A stretch of DNA of 64,000 bases from Blastocatellia bacterium (GCA_044224215.1 JBGAKX010000007.1:2020-66019); one strand, 5' to 3'; shown: positions 18,829-30,552, counted from the stretch's first letter. Numbers and translations are program-made. Notes: generated by a model from the letters alone, not told the origin.

Positions 18829-20343
18829 TCACTGCCAGACCTTGAGGTCGTGCTTGCGGATCATGTGATAGAGACGCGGCCGATAGACGCCGAGCAGGTT
18901 CGCCGCCGCCTGCTTGTTTCCTTTCGTTCGCTCGAGCGCGGCAGCCACGATGGAGCCTTCGACCTGAGTCAGTACGTCGACGGCATCCTCAGCCTCGCGG
19001 CGAACCGAAACGCGATTGACGATTGTCCGGCCGAGACCGCGGAGCATGCTGCCGTCTTCAGCAGAGTCATCTGCGGATTCGCTCAACGAGCCAATGGCGG
19101 CCTGCGAGGCGCCGTTCACCACGGTGGTGGCGTGGATGTCGGACGTGGCGGTGGCCGCAAACGCGCGTTGCGGAGCCCGACCAACCTGGAGCGATGCCGC
19201 ATCCAGTACCGAGCCCTTGGTGAGCAGCACTGCGCGCTCCACCGTGTTCCGCAGCTCCCGCACGTTGCCGGGCCATGAGTACTCGAACAGGTACGCATAA
19301 GCCTGCTCTGAAATTGTATGCGCCGGTCGTTGGTACTTTTCAGAGAACTCCTGCAGGAAGTGTTCGGCAAGGCTCTGTATGTCGTCGATTCGCTCCCGCA
19401 GCGGCGGAACCACAATCTCGATGGTATTGACCCTGTAATACAGGTCTTCGCGCAGCGATCCGCTGTTGACCGCGTCGCGTGGATTCTGATTGGTCGCCGC
19501 GATCAATCGAAAATCGACCTCGAGTTGCTTTGTGCTTCCAAGGCACGTGTAGACGCGTTCCTGCAGAACGCGGAGCAGCTTCGGTTGCAGCTCGAGAGGC
19601 ATCTCGCCGATCTCGTCGAGAAACAGACTGCCGCCGTCCGACTGTCCGATCAGTCCGACCTTGTCGGAGGCTGCCCCCGTGAACGCCCCCTTTGTATGCC
19701 CAAACAGTTCCGACTCGATCAGTTCCTTGGGGAGGGCCGCACAATTCACCTTCATCATCGGTCTCTTCGCGCGCCGACTCCTGAAATGGATTGCGTTTGC
19801 GACCAACTCCTTTCCGGTACCCGACTCGCCGGTCACCAGGATGTTGGCATCGGACTCAGCAACGCTGTCGATGAGTTCAAAGATGTCCTGCATCGGCTTG
19901 CTGCTGCCGATGATGTTGAAGTACGAGGTTCGATTCGACAACTTGTCGCGCAACTGTCGAATCTCGGCTGCCTGCTGCCGGCGCTCGACGGCCTTGGCCA
20001 TCAGCACGGTCAACTCTTCGAACTCTGCCGGCTTTTCGACGAAGTAGAACGCCCCGGCCTTGGTCGCCTCCACCGCTTTCGAGACCGACCCGTATCCGGT
20101 GACGACGATGATCTCGGTGTCCGGCGAGGCCTCTCGGAGCTTCCGGACGAGCTCGATTCCATCGTGGTCGGGAAGATTCAGGTCGGTAAGCACGACATCG
20201 AACTGCCTGGAATTTGCAAGCCTGATCCCCTCGTCGCCCGTCACTGCCGTATGTACGGTGTGACCTTCCGCCGTCAGCTGGATGGTTGCGATCTCGAGCA
20301 TCGACTCGTCGTCATCGATGACAAGGACTTCCCATTTGCTCAT
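18829..20343 (-). CDS. sigma-54-dependent Fis-family response regulator (NtrC-like enhancer-binding protein)
   Basis: Receiver domain (VLVIDDD...DLNLPDHDG), AAA+ domain with GESGTGKE and GAFTGA, and a C-terminal Fis-type HTH. Confidence 0.9.
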   Translation of the reverse strand: MSKWEVLVIDDDESMLEIATIQLTAEGHTVHTAVTGDEGIRLANSRQFDVVLTDLNLPDHDGIELVRKLREASPDTEIIVVTGYGSVSKAVEATKAGAFYFVEKPAEFEELTVLMAKAVERRQQAAEIRQLRDKLSNRTSYFNIIGSSKPMQDIFELIDSVAESDANILVTGESGTGKELVANAIHFRSRRAKRPMMKVNCAALPKELIESELFGHTKGAFTGAASDKVGLIGQSDGGSLFLDEIGEMPLELQPKLLRVLQERVYTCLGSTKQLEVDFRLIAATNQNPRDAVNSGSLREDLYYRVNTIEIVVPPLRERIDDIQSLAEHFLQEFSEKYQRPAHTISEQAYAYLFEYSWPGNVRELRNTVERAVLLTKGSVLDAASLQVGRAPQRAFAATATSDIHATTVVNGASQAAIGSLSESADDSAEDGSMLRGLGRTIVNRVSVRREAEDAVDVLTQVEGSIVAAALERTKGNKQAAANLLGVYRPRLYHMIRKHDLKVWQ

Positions 20344-20381
20344 TGCTTTCCTTCCTTTCGCTTGTGAAGAGACACGGGGAC

Positions 20382-22868
20382 TCATGCGACGGTGTCGATA
20401 CTCGCGCGGCGTGTCAGACTTGTGATGACCATCGCGAGTTCCACAGGCTCGACGGGCTTGGGCACGTGCATCTGAAACCCTGCGGACAGGGCTTTCACTC
20501 GATCGACGGATCGGCCGTACGCAGTGAGCGCCACCGCTGGAATCGCGCCGCCAAGCGCAGGCGTCAACTCGCGTACCTTGCGAACCAGTGAGTAGCCGTC
20601 TTCGCCAGGCAGGCCGATGTCGGAAACAATCACGTCAAAGCGCTCGCACGCAGCGGCGTCGGTCAATGCGATGAGCGCCTCTTCACACGAGGAAGTAGGT
20701 GTGACTGTGGCGCCGTACCTGGTGAGCAATGTCGTGACAAGCTCACGGGCATCGCGCTCATCGTCGACCACAAGAATCCGCAGGCCGTCGAGAACGGGAG
20801 GAAATCGCTCGACACGCTCGTCACCTGCAACGTCCGACGGGTCCTGCACTTCCGCGCGCACTGCGCGGAGCGGAAGCTTGACCGTAAACGTCGACCCCTT
20901 CGACTCCCCGAGGCTCTCCGCGGAGATCGTCCCCCCGTGTGCCTCGACGACGTAGCGAGCAAGCGCGAGACCAAGCCCGAGTCCTCCGTGCCGGCGTGCG
21001 CTGGACGCATCCGCCTGGTTGAAGCGGTCGAATATGCGAGGCAGAAACTCGGGATCGATTCCCTTGCCGGTGTCGCACACCTGAATCTGGACGAAGGGGT
21101 CGATCCGTTCGAGGCGGACGATGACCTGCCCACCCGTCTGCGTGAACTTCACGGCGTTTGACAGCAGATTCCACACCACCTGTTGCAACCTCCCCGAATC
21201 GCCGTTGATGACGTCGATTTCCGGGTCGTAGATGCGGATGAGCTCGATCGACTTTGCGTCTGCCGCCGGCCGCACTACGTCGATCGCCGCATCCATGACC
21301 GACGTCAGGTCGATCGGGCGAACCTCGAGCCGGAGCTTTCCGCTCGTGATTCGCGTAATGTCAAGAAGGTCGTCGATGATGTTCGACTGCGCGCGAGCAC
21401 TGCGTTCGATCGTGTCGATGGCGTGAACGACCGTCTTCTCCTCGACACTTCTGGATTGCAGAATCCGTGCCCAACCGAGGATCGCGTTGAGCGGAGCACG
21501 CAGCTCGTGAGACACGACCGCGAGAAACTCGTCCTTGGCATGGCTGGCCATTTCGGCCACGGCCCTGGCGTATCGTTCACGAGCGAGCAATTCCTCGCGC
21601 TCGACCTCGACGAGACGCCGATCCGTGATGTCGAGCGTAATGCCGATCATTCGAACCGGGTTGCCGTAGTCGTCGAGAAAGAGTTGTCCGCGGGTCGTCA
21701 CCCATCGGAGCTCCCCGCCAGGGCGAATGATCCTGTATGCGAGCGATACGTCCTGCCGCTGCCGGATCGCCTCGAGAAGTTTCGACTGGACCATGTCCAG
21801 GTCGTCAGGATGGATCGAGTCGCGAAAGCGCTCGTATGTGGCGTCGCGTGATGTCGCGTCGAGTCCGAACACTGCGAACAATTCGTCGGACCAGCTCAGT
21901 TCGTTCGCTGCGAGTTCCCAATTCCAGGTGCCGGCCAATCCCGCAGTCAACGCAAGTCTGAGTTGATCGTCGCGTTCGCGGAGCAGTTCAAGCGTTCGGC
22001 GCGACGACGTGACGTCCTTGCAGGTCCCCACCCACTCGCGGACGGATCCGTCGTGTTCGAGGACGGGAACGCCGCGGACGGCGAACACGTGAAATGAACC
22101 GTCGACGGTCTTCACGCGGTGCTCGATAGCAAACTCCTGCCGCGATTGGACACACTCCGACCATCGAGCGACCGTGAGCTGCCGGTCGTCCGGATGGATG
22201 GCGTCGATCCACCCCCAGCCACGCACCTCATCGCGGGTTTGTCCCGTGATCGCGCGCCAGTCGGGCATGTCGTCAACGAGCCCGTCTGCGTCCATCGTCC
22301 AGACCACTTGCGCGGAGGCCACGACGAGCGAGTGGTAGCGCTCGGTGCTCAGCCTTGCTGCGCCCTCTGCGCGATGTCGTTCGGCGATCTCGCGCTCGAG
22401 TGCCAGCACGTTCTGCTTCAGCTTGCGGTTTGCCTTCCGCAACTGGCGCTGCCGGCGCTCGAGCTTCTGGTGCAGCGCGGCCTTTTCGATCGCGAAACTG
22501 ACAATCCAGCACAGGTTGTCACCGGAAACCGTCGACCTGTCAACGAGCTCCTGAGCGCCGGCGCGGATGGCTGTCTTGCGCAACTCAAGGTGTTCGCTCG
22601 TCCCAACGAGCACCATGGGAATGGCGACGCGGCCGGTGCGCTCGCGCAATTGCTGAAGGACCTCGAGGCCCGTTGCATCCGGATGCTCGAGGCCAACGAG
22701 AACGCAGTCGGGTTGCCACGAAACGTACGCGTCGATGCCGTCGGTAGGCCGCGAGAACTCCCGAAATGAATATTCGTTGGACCGATCGCGTTCGAGGCAT
22801 CCGCACAACTCTTCACGAATGCGGGGATCGTGTTCGACGATGAGCACTTTCTTTGCGACTGTCGACAT
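20382..22868 (-). CDS. hybrid sensor histidine kinase with N-terminal receiver, PAS domains and C-terminal receiver
   Basis: N-terminal REC, two PAS-like blocks, HisKA (SHELRAPLNAILGW), HATPase_c and a C-terminal REC (ILVVDDERDARE). Confidence 0.85.
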   Translation of the reverse strand: MSTVAKKVLIVEHDPRIREELCGCLERDRSNEYSFREFSRPTDGIDAYVSWQPDCVLVGLEHPDATGLEVLQQLRERTGRVAIPMVLVGTSEHLELRKTAIRAGAQELVDRSTVSGDNLCWIVSFAIEKAALHQKLERRQRQLRKANRKLKQNVLALEREIAERHRAEGAARLSTERYHSLVVASAQVVWTMDADGLVDDMPDWRAITGQTRDEVRGWGWIDAIHPDDRQLTVARWSECVQSRQEFAIEHRVKTVDGSFHVFAVRGVPVLEHDGSVREWVGTCKDVTSSRRTLELLRERDDQLRLALTAGLAGTWNWELAANELSWSDELFAVFGLDATSRDATYERFRDSIHPDDLDMVQSKLLEAIRQRQDVSLAYRIIRPGGELRWVTTRGQLFLDDYGNPVRMIGITLDITDRRLVEVEREELLARERYARAVAEMASHAKDEFLAVVSHELRAPLNAILGWARILQSRSVEEKTVVHAIDTIERSARAQSNIIDDLLDITRITSGKLRLEVRPIDLTSVMDAAIDVVRPAADAKSIELIRIYDPEIDVINGDSGRLQQVVWNLLSNAVKFTQTGGQVIVRLERIDPFVQIQVCDTGKGIDPEFLPRIFDRFNQADASSARRHGGLGLGLALARYVVEAHGGTISAESLGESKGSTFTVKLPLRAVRAEVQDPSDVAGDERVERFPPVLDGLRILVVDDERDARELVTTLLTRYGATVTPTSSCEEALIALTDAAACERFDVIVSDIGLPGEDGYSLVRKVRELTPALGGAIPAVALTAYGRSVDRVKALSAGFQMHVPKPVEPVELAMVITSLTRRASIDTVA

Positions 22869-23243
22869 TCGACTCAGTTCCAGTCTGCTGCGGTTGCAAG
22901 ATCGTCACGTTGTGACCTTTCAAGGACGCACCACTCCCATAAGGCAACCAAGGGGCCAAGAGTGTTTTGCCGGGAGAAATGCAGTGAAAACAGTTGCAAG
23001 TGCACCAGAATGAGACAGACATGTTCGATTTGGGTACGATTACGACGGCGAGGCATGGGACGCGCATGCTCGGAAGCTGGTCGCTCTTGTTGCACGCGCG
23101 CCCCTGAGGGCTTTCCACCGGGCCGAAATCGAAGGCGTCGCCGGTTCCCCGCGGCCTGCGTGGCCTTGCAGCGCGAAGCGAGTACCAGCGTGAAACCCGC
23201 GCCACAACGCCCAGCAGACCCCCGCCGGCGACGCCCTCCTGGG

Positions 23244-23269
23244 GGACTCCTTCCCCCCGAAAGGAGTCC
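23244..23269 (-). terminator. GC-rich hairpin downstream of the metallothionein-like gene
   Basis: GGACTCCTT-cccccccga-AAGGAGTCC gives a 9-bp stem. It has no U-tract, which is common in high-GC genomes. Confidence 0.4.
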
Positions 23270-23275
23270 TCAACA

Positions 23276-23452
23276 CTAGTGCTCGCTACTCACGGTCTCG
23301 ATGTCAGCGAGCGTGCAGGCTGGATGGCCGCAGCCACACAGCGCCTCGAACGTGTCGTCGAGCGCTTCACAGTGGTCTCCGCAGAACCGTTCGCCCGGCT
23401 CGGTGACACAAACGCACCCGGAGTGCGAGCATTTGATCGTGTACTCGTTCAT
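23276..23452 (-). CDS. bacterial metallothionein (SmtA/BmtA-like), 58 aa
   Basis: MNEYTIKCSHSGCVCVTEPGERFCGDHCEALDDTFEALCGCGHPACTLADIETVSSEH has 8 Cys and 4 His. Its CxC/CxxxC/GCGH layout is collinear with Synechococcus SmtA (KCACEPCLC...CSEACADGH...GCGHTGC). Confidence 0.6.
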   Translation of the reverse strand: MNEYTIKCSHSGCVCVTEPGERFCGDHCEALDDTFEALCGCGHPACTLADIETVSSEH

Positions 23453-23479
23453 GGCCAGTACCTCAGCTCCTACGCGCTT

Positions 23480-23974
23480 CTACCGCGTGCTCACCGAACG
23501 GGCCCCGATGCCTTCGAGGATCTTCTCAGCCTCCTTGGCCTTGTCGTCGTGCGCGAACACGCCGACAAGAATTCCTCCGTGCTCGACCTTGTCCGAATAG
23601 AGCCTCGCCTCGTGCTCCGGCAGGCCGGTGCCGACGAGCCCGCCGATCAGCCCACCAGCTCCGCCGCCTGCACCTGCGCCGGCCAGGAGCGCAAGCAACG
23701 GACCGGCGGCAACGAGCCCCAGACCGGGCGCAGCGACGATCCCGACTGCGACAAGGCCCGCTGCGATCGCTCCAAGGACGCCCCCGATCGCAGCACCCGC
23801 CGCGGCGCCTTCAGGGGCTTTTGTCGAGTCAATCACTCCGAACTCGCGCCCTCGTGTTGCGGTCGACATCAAGACGCTGATGTCTTCCATTGAGAAACCC
23901 GCCTGCACGAGCCGGTCAACCGTGAATTCGGCCGACATTCGATCATTGACGATTCCGGTAACAAACTTAGCCAT
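23480..23974 (-). CDS. glycine-zipper general stress / membrane protein (DUF1269-like)
   Basis: Central glycine-zipper GGxxG repeats (AIGGVLGAIAAGLVAVG...GAGAGGGAGGLIGGLVG) flanked by soluble domains. Confidence 0.55.
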   Translation of the reverse strand: MAKFVTGIVNDRMSAEFTVDRLVQAGFSMEDISVLMSTATRGREFGVIDSTKAPEGAAAGAAIGGVLGAIAAGLVAVGIVAAPGLGLVAAGPLLALLAGAGAGGGAGGLIGGLVGTGLPEHEARLYSDKVEHGGILVGVFAHDDKAKEAEKILEGIGARSVSTR

Positions 23975-24325
23975 ATCCCACCTCCGTGCGTGTGATCCGG
24001 TCTGTGGTCATTCCCAACGTCACGAGATGATTGGCAACACCTATGCCACATTGGCCACGCTGGCGGTCGCCCAATGAACAGCGTGACTTGCAGTGGGTCG
24101 ACGTCAGGGATTGGTGTTCCGGTCCGACGCCGTTCCATACGCTGGACGTATCGATCGTGAACGGTCGTCCTCAGCGCGATAGCGATGACGTGCGGGATCC
24201 GATTGCCGATCAGCGTTCATCCGCTTGATTTGCGGCATCTGCGGCCCGATCCCAACCCTGTCGACTGAACGCGTTGTGTTCCTCCAGACGCGTTGTTAAG
24301 ATTTTGCCCGCTCGGAGATGCCCGT

Positions 24326-25354
24326 ATGGCTCGGAAGCTACCTACACTCAACGAGAGTTCCACGACGGGAATGGTCGACAGTTTCGGCCGGCGCATCACG
24401 GATCTGCGTGTCTCGTTGACCGACCGGTGCAACTTCCGCTGTGTTTATTGCATACCGGACGAGCACAACGACTGGATCGCACGCAGCGAGATCCTCACCT
24501 ACGAAGAGATCGAACAGATCGTCCGCATCGCGGTCGATCTCGGAATCGAGAAGGTGCGGCTTACGGGCGGCGAGCCGCTGCTCCGACGCGACCTGCCGGT
24601 GCTCGTCGAGAAGCTCGCACGCATCGATGGGTTGAAGGACTTTGCGCTCACGACCAATGCGTTCTTTCTTCCGCAGATGGCGCGCGAGCTCGCCGATGCA
24701 GGGCTGCGCCGGGTAACGGTGAGCCTCGATTCGATGCGCTCGGCCAAGTTCGCCCTGCTGACCGGTCGCGACGCGCTCGACCGCGTGCTCGCGGGTATCC
24801 AGGCCGCGCGCGACGCCGGGCTCGGCCCGATCAAGCTGAACTGCGTCGTCATCCGCGGGTTCAATGATGACGAAGTCATTGATTTTGCTGAGTTTGCGAG
24901 ATCGAACTCGCTTACCGTGCGGTTTATCGAGTTCATGCCGCTCGACGGACGTCCCGACTGGGACCGAGGCCAGGTCGTGTCGGGCGCCGAGATGCTCGCG
25001 ACCATTCGATCGCGCTTCGACCTCGTTCCCGTCAGCCCGGCATCCGTCAGCGAGACGGCACGGCGGTATGGATTCGCGGACGGCGCGCCCGGCGAGGTGG
25101 GTTTCATTACCACGATCACGGAGCCGTTCTGCGACGGCTGCAGCAGGTTGCGGTTGACGGCGGATGGAAAGTTGCGAACGTGTCTCTTTTCGACGCGTTC
25201 GCATGACATCAAATCGCTCGTTCGGGCCGACGTCGGGCCGGACGCGCTCAGACGCTTCATCACGGACACGGTGCGAACAAAGGAAGCCGGGCACACGATC
25301 AACGTCCCCGGGTTCTCGCCGACGCGTGAGAGCATGGCTTCGATCGGCGGATAA
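24326..25354 (+). CDS. moaA: GTP 3',8-cyclase MoaA (radical SAM)
   Basis: CNFRCVYCIP radical-SAM cluster motif, a C-terminal CDGCSRLRLTADGKLRTCLF second-cluster motif, and a terminal GG. Confidence 0.9.
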   Translation: MARKLPTLNESSTTGMVDSFGRRITDLRVSLTDRCNFRCVYCIPDEHNDWIARSEILTYEEIEQIVRIAVDLGIEKVRLTGGEPLLRRDLPVLVEKLARIDGLKDFALTTNAFFLPQMARELADAGLRRVTVSLDSMRSAKFALLTGRDALDRVLAGIQAARDAGLGPIKLNCVVIRGFNDDEVIDFAEFARSNSLTVRFIEFMPLDGRPDWDRGQVVSGAEMLATIRSRFDLVPVSPASVSETARRYGFADGAPGEVGFITTITEPFCDGCSRLRLTADGKLRTCLFSTRSHDIKSLVRADVGPDALRRFITDTVRTKEAGHTINVPGFSPTRESMASIGG

Positions 25355-26899
<1,545 letters not shown>

Positions 26900-26926
26900 C
26901 GGCCGGGTCCACGCCACCAGTGCGCG

Positions 26927-27568
26927 ATGGATCTTGTTCGATGGGACATCGCACTGCTCGTCGGAATTCCGCCGCTCATCGCGGTTGGAGTCGGCGTGTT
27001 CGTCGTTCGACGCTGGTTCGAGAGTCCGATTGCCCGAATGCGCGTTGCGGCGCGTCGGCTGGGCGGCCGACTCGATCCCGCGGGTGAACGCGCGCGCACC
27101 GCGGCGATCCTCGTCGAGCTCGACGGGCGACTGCTACGCATCTCGTACGCTCGGCGCGATGGCCGGCGCCCGACCCGTGGGGCTCCACCCGCAATCGAGA
27201 TCTGTACCCCGGTCGAGAATTCGGCGCCCCTCGTCGCTGCGGTACGCGTATCCGACGAATCGTGGGCGCTCGATCTCGTCGGCCGCGACGTGACGTCCGA
27301 ACCGCTGACCGAGCGGGCTCACGACGGCGTGCTGATCTACGGTCTGCACACGTCTCTGTGGGCCGCGGCGCTGGTGCGCGACGAGCCGTCCATTGCAATC
27401 CTCGAGCTCGACAGCCGGATGTTGCGCGTCGTTGCGTGCAATCGCGTCTCGACCACGCTCGACGCGGCGGCCATCGAGCGTCTCGTGCTCGAATTCTCGG
27501 GATATCTGCCGGCCGCACTCAAGGCAGCCGGCGTCTCGGGACCATCGGTGCGACGCGAGCGTGATTGA
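26927..27568 (+). CDS. membrane-anchored hypothetical protein
   Basis: N-terminal transmembrane segment LLVGIPPLIAVGVGVFVV. No known domain. Confidence 0.4.
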   Translation: MDLVRWDIALLVGIPPLIAVGVGVFVVRRWFESPIARMRVAARRLGGRLDPAGERARTAAILVELDGRLLRISYARRDGRRPTRGAPPAIEICTPVENSAPLVAAVRVSDESWALDLVGRDVTSEPLTERAHDGVLIYGLHTSLWAAALVRDEPSIAILELDSRMLRVVACNRVSTTLDAAAIERLVLEFSGYLPAALKAAGVSGPSVRRERD

Positions 27569-27587
27569 AGGCGACGGGTGAGGCCGG

Positions 27588-28274
27588 TCAGTTGGTGCTC
27601 GGCCACAGTGCCGGCACGAGCTCGGTCATCGAGTCGATCAGCGCATCCGGCGCAAGCGGTGCGAGCGCGGCCGCGTCGCGAAATCCGTACGTGACCGCAA
27701 CCGTCCGGATCCCCGCAGCCTTGCCGGCGCGTATGTCGGTCTCTCCGTCGCCGACCATCACGGAGAGCGAGCGCTGCGCCCCGCACTCGTCGATCGCAAC
27801 GTACAGCGGTTCCGGGTCGGGCTTCCGGGACGCGAGGGAGTCTCCGCCGATCACCGACGCGAAGTATCGGCGAACGCCGAGGTGCTCGAGCAGCGAAACC
27901 GAGAACTCCCACGGCTTGTTCGTGACGACGCCGCACGCCACGCCGCGGGCCGCAAGCAGTTGAAGCGTCTCCGCGACGCCGCCATAGAGCGACGTCGTGT
28001 CGAGATGCCTCACACGATACGCGTCCAGGTACGTTTCGATGAGTCTGTCGGTATCCGCGGGATCTCCGCCCGTTGCCTCGATCGCGCGCTCGATCAGTTT
28101 GCGCACGCCGTCGCCGACGAACGAGCGGGCCTTTTCGATTCCGAGCGGACCAAGACCGTGCGTGGCCAGCGCCGCATCCAGCGACGTCGCGATGTCCTGG
28201 CGTGAATCGACGAGCGTGCCATCCAGGTCGAACAGCACGCAACGCACACCGGCCGTGTCCCGAGAGGTGGGCAT
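27588..28274 (-). CDS. gph: HAD-family phosphoglycolate phosphatase
   Basis: FDLDGTLVDS motif I, VVTNKP motif II and MVGDGETDIRAGKAAG motif III. Confidence 0.85.
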   Translation of the reverse strand: MPTSRDTAGVRCVLFDLDGTLVDSRQDIATSLDAALATHGLGPLGIEKARSFVGDGVRKLIERAIEATGGDPADTDRLIETYLDAYRVRHLDTTSLYGGVAETLQLLAARGVACGVVTNKPWEFSVSLLEHLGVRRYFASVIGGDSLASRKPDPEPLYVAIDECGAQRSLSVMVGDGETDIRAGKAAGIRTVAVTYGFRDAAALAPLAPDALIDSMTELVPALWPSTN

Positions 28275-28318
28275 CCGCGAACCATCTCACGCTGTGCGCG
28301 CGGCCCGCAAGCCATCCA

Positions 28319-30403
28319 TCAGTCGATCGTCGCCAGCGGTTGGATCGTGAGTTCGGGCGTCAGCTCCAGCGGCGACAGCGTCACGAGGTCCGGAAGCTCG
28401 GTCTCGATGAGTGCGCGGACGTGTCGGCGTATGTCAGATTGGACGAGGAGCACCGGTCTCGGAGCGGACGAGCTACGCGGCGACGATTCCAGCCCGGCAA
28501 GCGTGGCGATAAACCGGTCGGCAACGCCCGGCTCGAGCGCGACCGGGGCCCCCGTCCGCGAGTACTGGACCGCATCGCGGAATGTCTGTTCGAGCCTGCG
28601 CGAGATGAGGTACACCGGCAGTGCAGTCCGCCCGCCCGCGACGGCGCCGCTGATCTGCCGTCGCAGGTTTGCGCGGACGATCTCCGTGAGCTCGATCGGT
28701 TCGACGTCGTGCTGGGCACACGATGCGATTGCCTCGAAGATGGCGCGCAGATCCCTGATCGAAACACGCTCGGCGACGAGGCGCCGCAACACGTCCGCAA
28801 GACGCGCGAGCGATACGAGTCGCGGGATCACCTCACCCACGAGCGCCGGGTGCGTCGATTCGAGCGCGTCGACCATGTCGCGCGTCTCCTGAACGCCGAC
28901 GTAGTCGGCAGCGATCGACACGACGGCGGTCTCGAGATGCCGGCAGACAAGGTCCGTATGATCGCCGGTCTCGTAGCCAGCCGAACGTGCCCGGGTCGCG
29001 GCCGCCTCCTCACACCACGCGAGCCTCGACCGACCGAACGGCGAGGGCCGGGCAGTGGCGTCGATTCCAAACGGAACGAGCTCTTCAACGGGTGCTTCCA
29101 CCCAATGTGGCTCCTTCGGCAGTTCTCCGCGGGCGACGACGACGCCGTCCGGTGCGATCTGATAGTCGGACGGTGGGAGCGATCGGGACATCTCGACGAT
29201 GATCTCCGGGAGTCGGATCCCGAGCTGTCCGGCGATCTTCAACCGCATCGCAGGCACGCGTGCGGACAACGCTCCGGAATCTCGTTGCTCGACCGCAGCG
29301 TGCGCCAGCTCGCCGAGAAGCACGCGAATCGGGGGACTTCCGGAAAGAACCAGCGCCGGATCGTGTTCGGTCCGTGACACGTCGCGTCGCGTTGCGGCCG
29401 AGCGAGTGGTCCTCGCAGGACAGGCTGCGGCCGCAAGACCCGCCGCACCGGCGAGCGCCAGAAACGGCACCGTCGGCAACCCCGGAACGCATGCGATCAG
29501 GCCGAGCAGGATGGCTGTAATGGCCAGCGCGCGCGGCTGGTGCGAGATCTGCGACGCGAGGTCGCCACCGAGGTTTCCGCCGGTGCGATCGCCGGGCACG
29601 CGCGTGACGACGAGCCCGGCCGTCGTCGACACGAGCAGCGACGGAAGCTGCGCCGCGAGCCCGTCTCCGACGGTGAGCACCGTGTAGTGCGATGCCGCCG
29701 TCCCGAACGACATTCCACGCTGCAGCACACCGATCGCAAGTCCGCCGACTATGTTGATCGCGACGATGACGAGGCCCGCGATCGCATCGCCCTTGACGAA
29801 TTTCATCGCGCCGTCGAGCGCGCCATAGAGCTGCGATTCGCGTTCGAGCGCGCGACGGCGATCCTGGGCCGCCTCCAGCGAGAGCGATCCCGCGCGCAGG
29901 TCGGCATCGATCGACATCTGTTTTCCAGGCAGCGCGTCGAGCGTGAAACGTGCGGCAACCTCGGCGACGCGCTCGGAACCCTTTGCGATCACGATGAACT
30001 GCACGAGCGCCATCACGAGAAACACCACGGCGCCGACAAGGATGTTGCCGCCGACGACGATGCGTCCGAACGCCTCGACGATGCGCCCGGCGTCGCCGTT
30101 CAGTAGGACGAGCCGCGTCGTCGAGATGTTCAGCCCGAGCCGGAACAGCGTTGCCAGCAGGAGGAGCGACGGGAGCACGGCGAGGCTCGCCGGCTCCGAG
30201 ACGTACAACGCCACGAGGAGCAGGCCGAGCGAGAGCGCGATGTTCAGCGCGATCATGGCGTCGAGCACGGTCGTCGGCAGTGGAACGATCACCATGCCGA
30301 TGACGCACACCACAAAGATGGCGATAACCGCATCGCCGGCAACCGGCGAGATGCGCGCGGGAATGCGCGTCAGTCGCCCTGGCATCTTTGGCAGTGTGAA
30401 CAT
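28319..30403 (-). CDS. sctV: type III secretion export-apparatus protein SctV/FlhA family
   Basis: About 695 aa. Eight N-terminal transmembrane helices, including the conserved FTLDALPGKQMSID, KFVKGDAIAGL and LTVGDGLAAQLPSLL blocks, followed by the cytoplasmic ring domain. Confidence 0.9.
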   Translation of the reverse strand: MFTLPKMPGRLTRIPARISPVAGDAVIAIFVVCVIGMVIVPLPTTVLDAMIALNIALSLGLLLVALYVSEPASLAVLPSLLLLATLFRLGLNISTTRLVLLNGDAGRIVEAFGRIVVGGNILVGAVVFLVMALVQFIVIAKGSERVAEVAARFTLDALPGKQMSIDADLRAGSLSLEAAQDRRRALERESQLYGALDGAMKFVKGDAIAGLVIVAINIVGGLAIGVLQRGMSFGTAASHYTVLTVGDGLAAQLPSLLVSTTAGLVVTRVPGDRTGGNLGGDLASQISHQPRALAITAILLGLIACVPGLPTVPFLALAGAAGLAAAACPARTTRSAATRRDVSRTEHDPALVLSGSPPIRVLLGELAHAAVEQRDSGALSARVPAMRLKIAGQLGIRLPEIIVEMSRSLPPSDYQIAPDGVVVARGELPKEPHWVEAPVEELVPFGIDATARPSPFGRSRLAWCEEAAATRARSAGYETGDHTDLVCRHLETAVVSIAADYVGVQETRDMVDALESTHPALVGEVIPRLVSLARLADVLRRLVAERVSIRDLRAIFEAIASCAQHDVEPIELTEIVRANLRRQISGAVAGGRTALPVYLISRRLEQTFRDAVQYSRTGAPVALEPGVADRFIATLAGLESSPRSSSAPRPVLLVQSDIRRHVRALIETELPDLVTLSPLELTPELTIQPLATID

Positions 30404-30552
30404 GCGTGACACGTAGGAACCGCCGTGGATACGGCCCCGAGGAATAATCGAATTCCCGCGCCCGAAGTTGTCCCCGAACCTGCGTGGTATACTCCCCCGG
30501 CGCTTCGGCGACGACCGGAAATGCCCGCGAAACCGCCCCTATCGCAACGCCC

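Noticed and set aside
19318-20367. 349-aa + strand ORF antisense to the NtrC-like gene
   Set aside because: Antisense artefact. The sense frame contains GAFTGA and Walker motifs.
22869-23243. Possible sigma-54 or other promoter, or a small ncRNA, in the 375-bp spacer upstream of the kinase-activator operon
   Set aside because: TGGCCTTGCAGC has the wrong GG-GC spacing and faces away from the operon. No convincing -35/-10 pair or conserved structure was seen, which is too weak to call.
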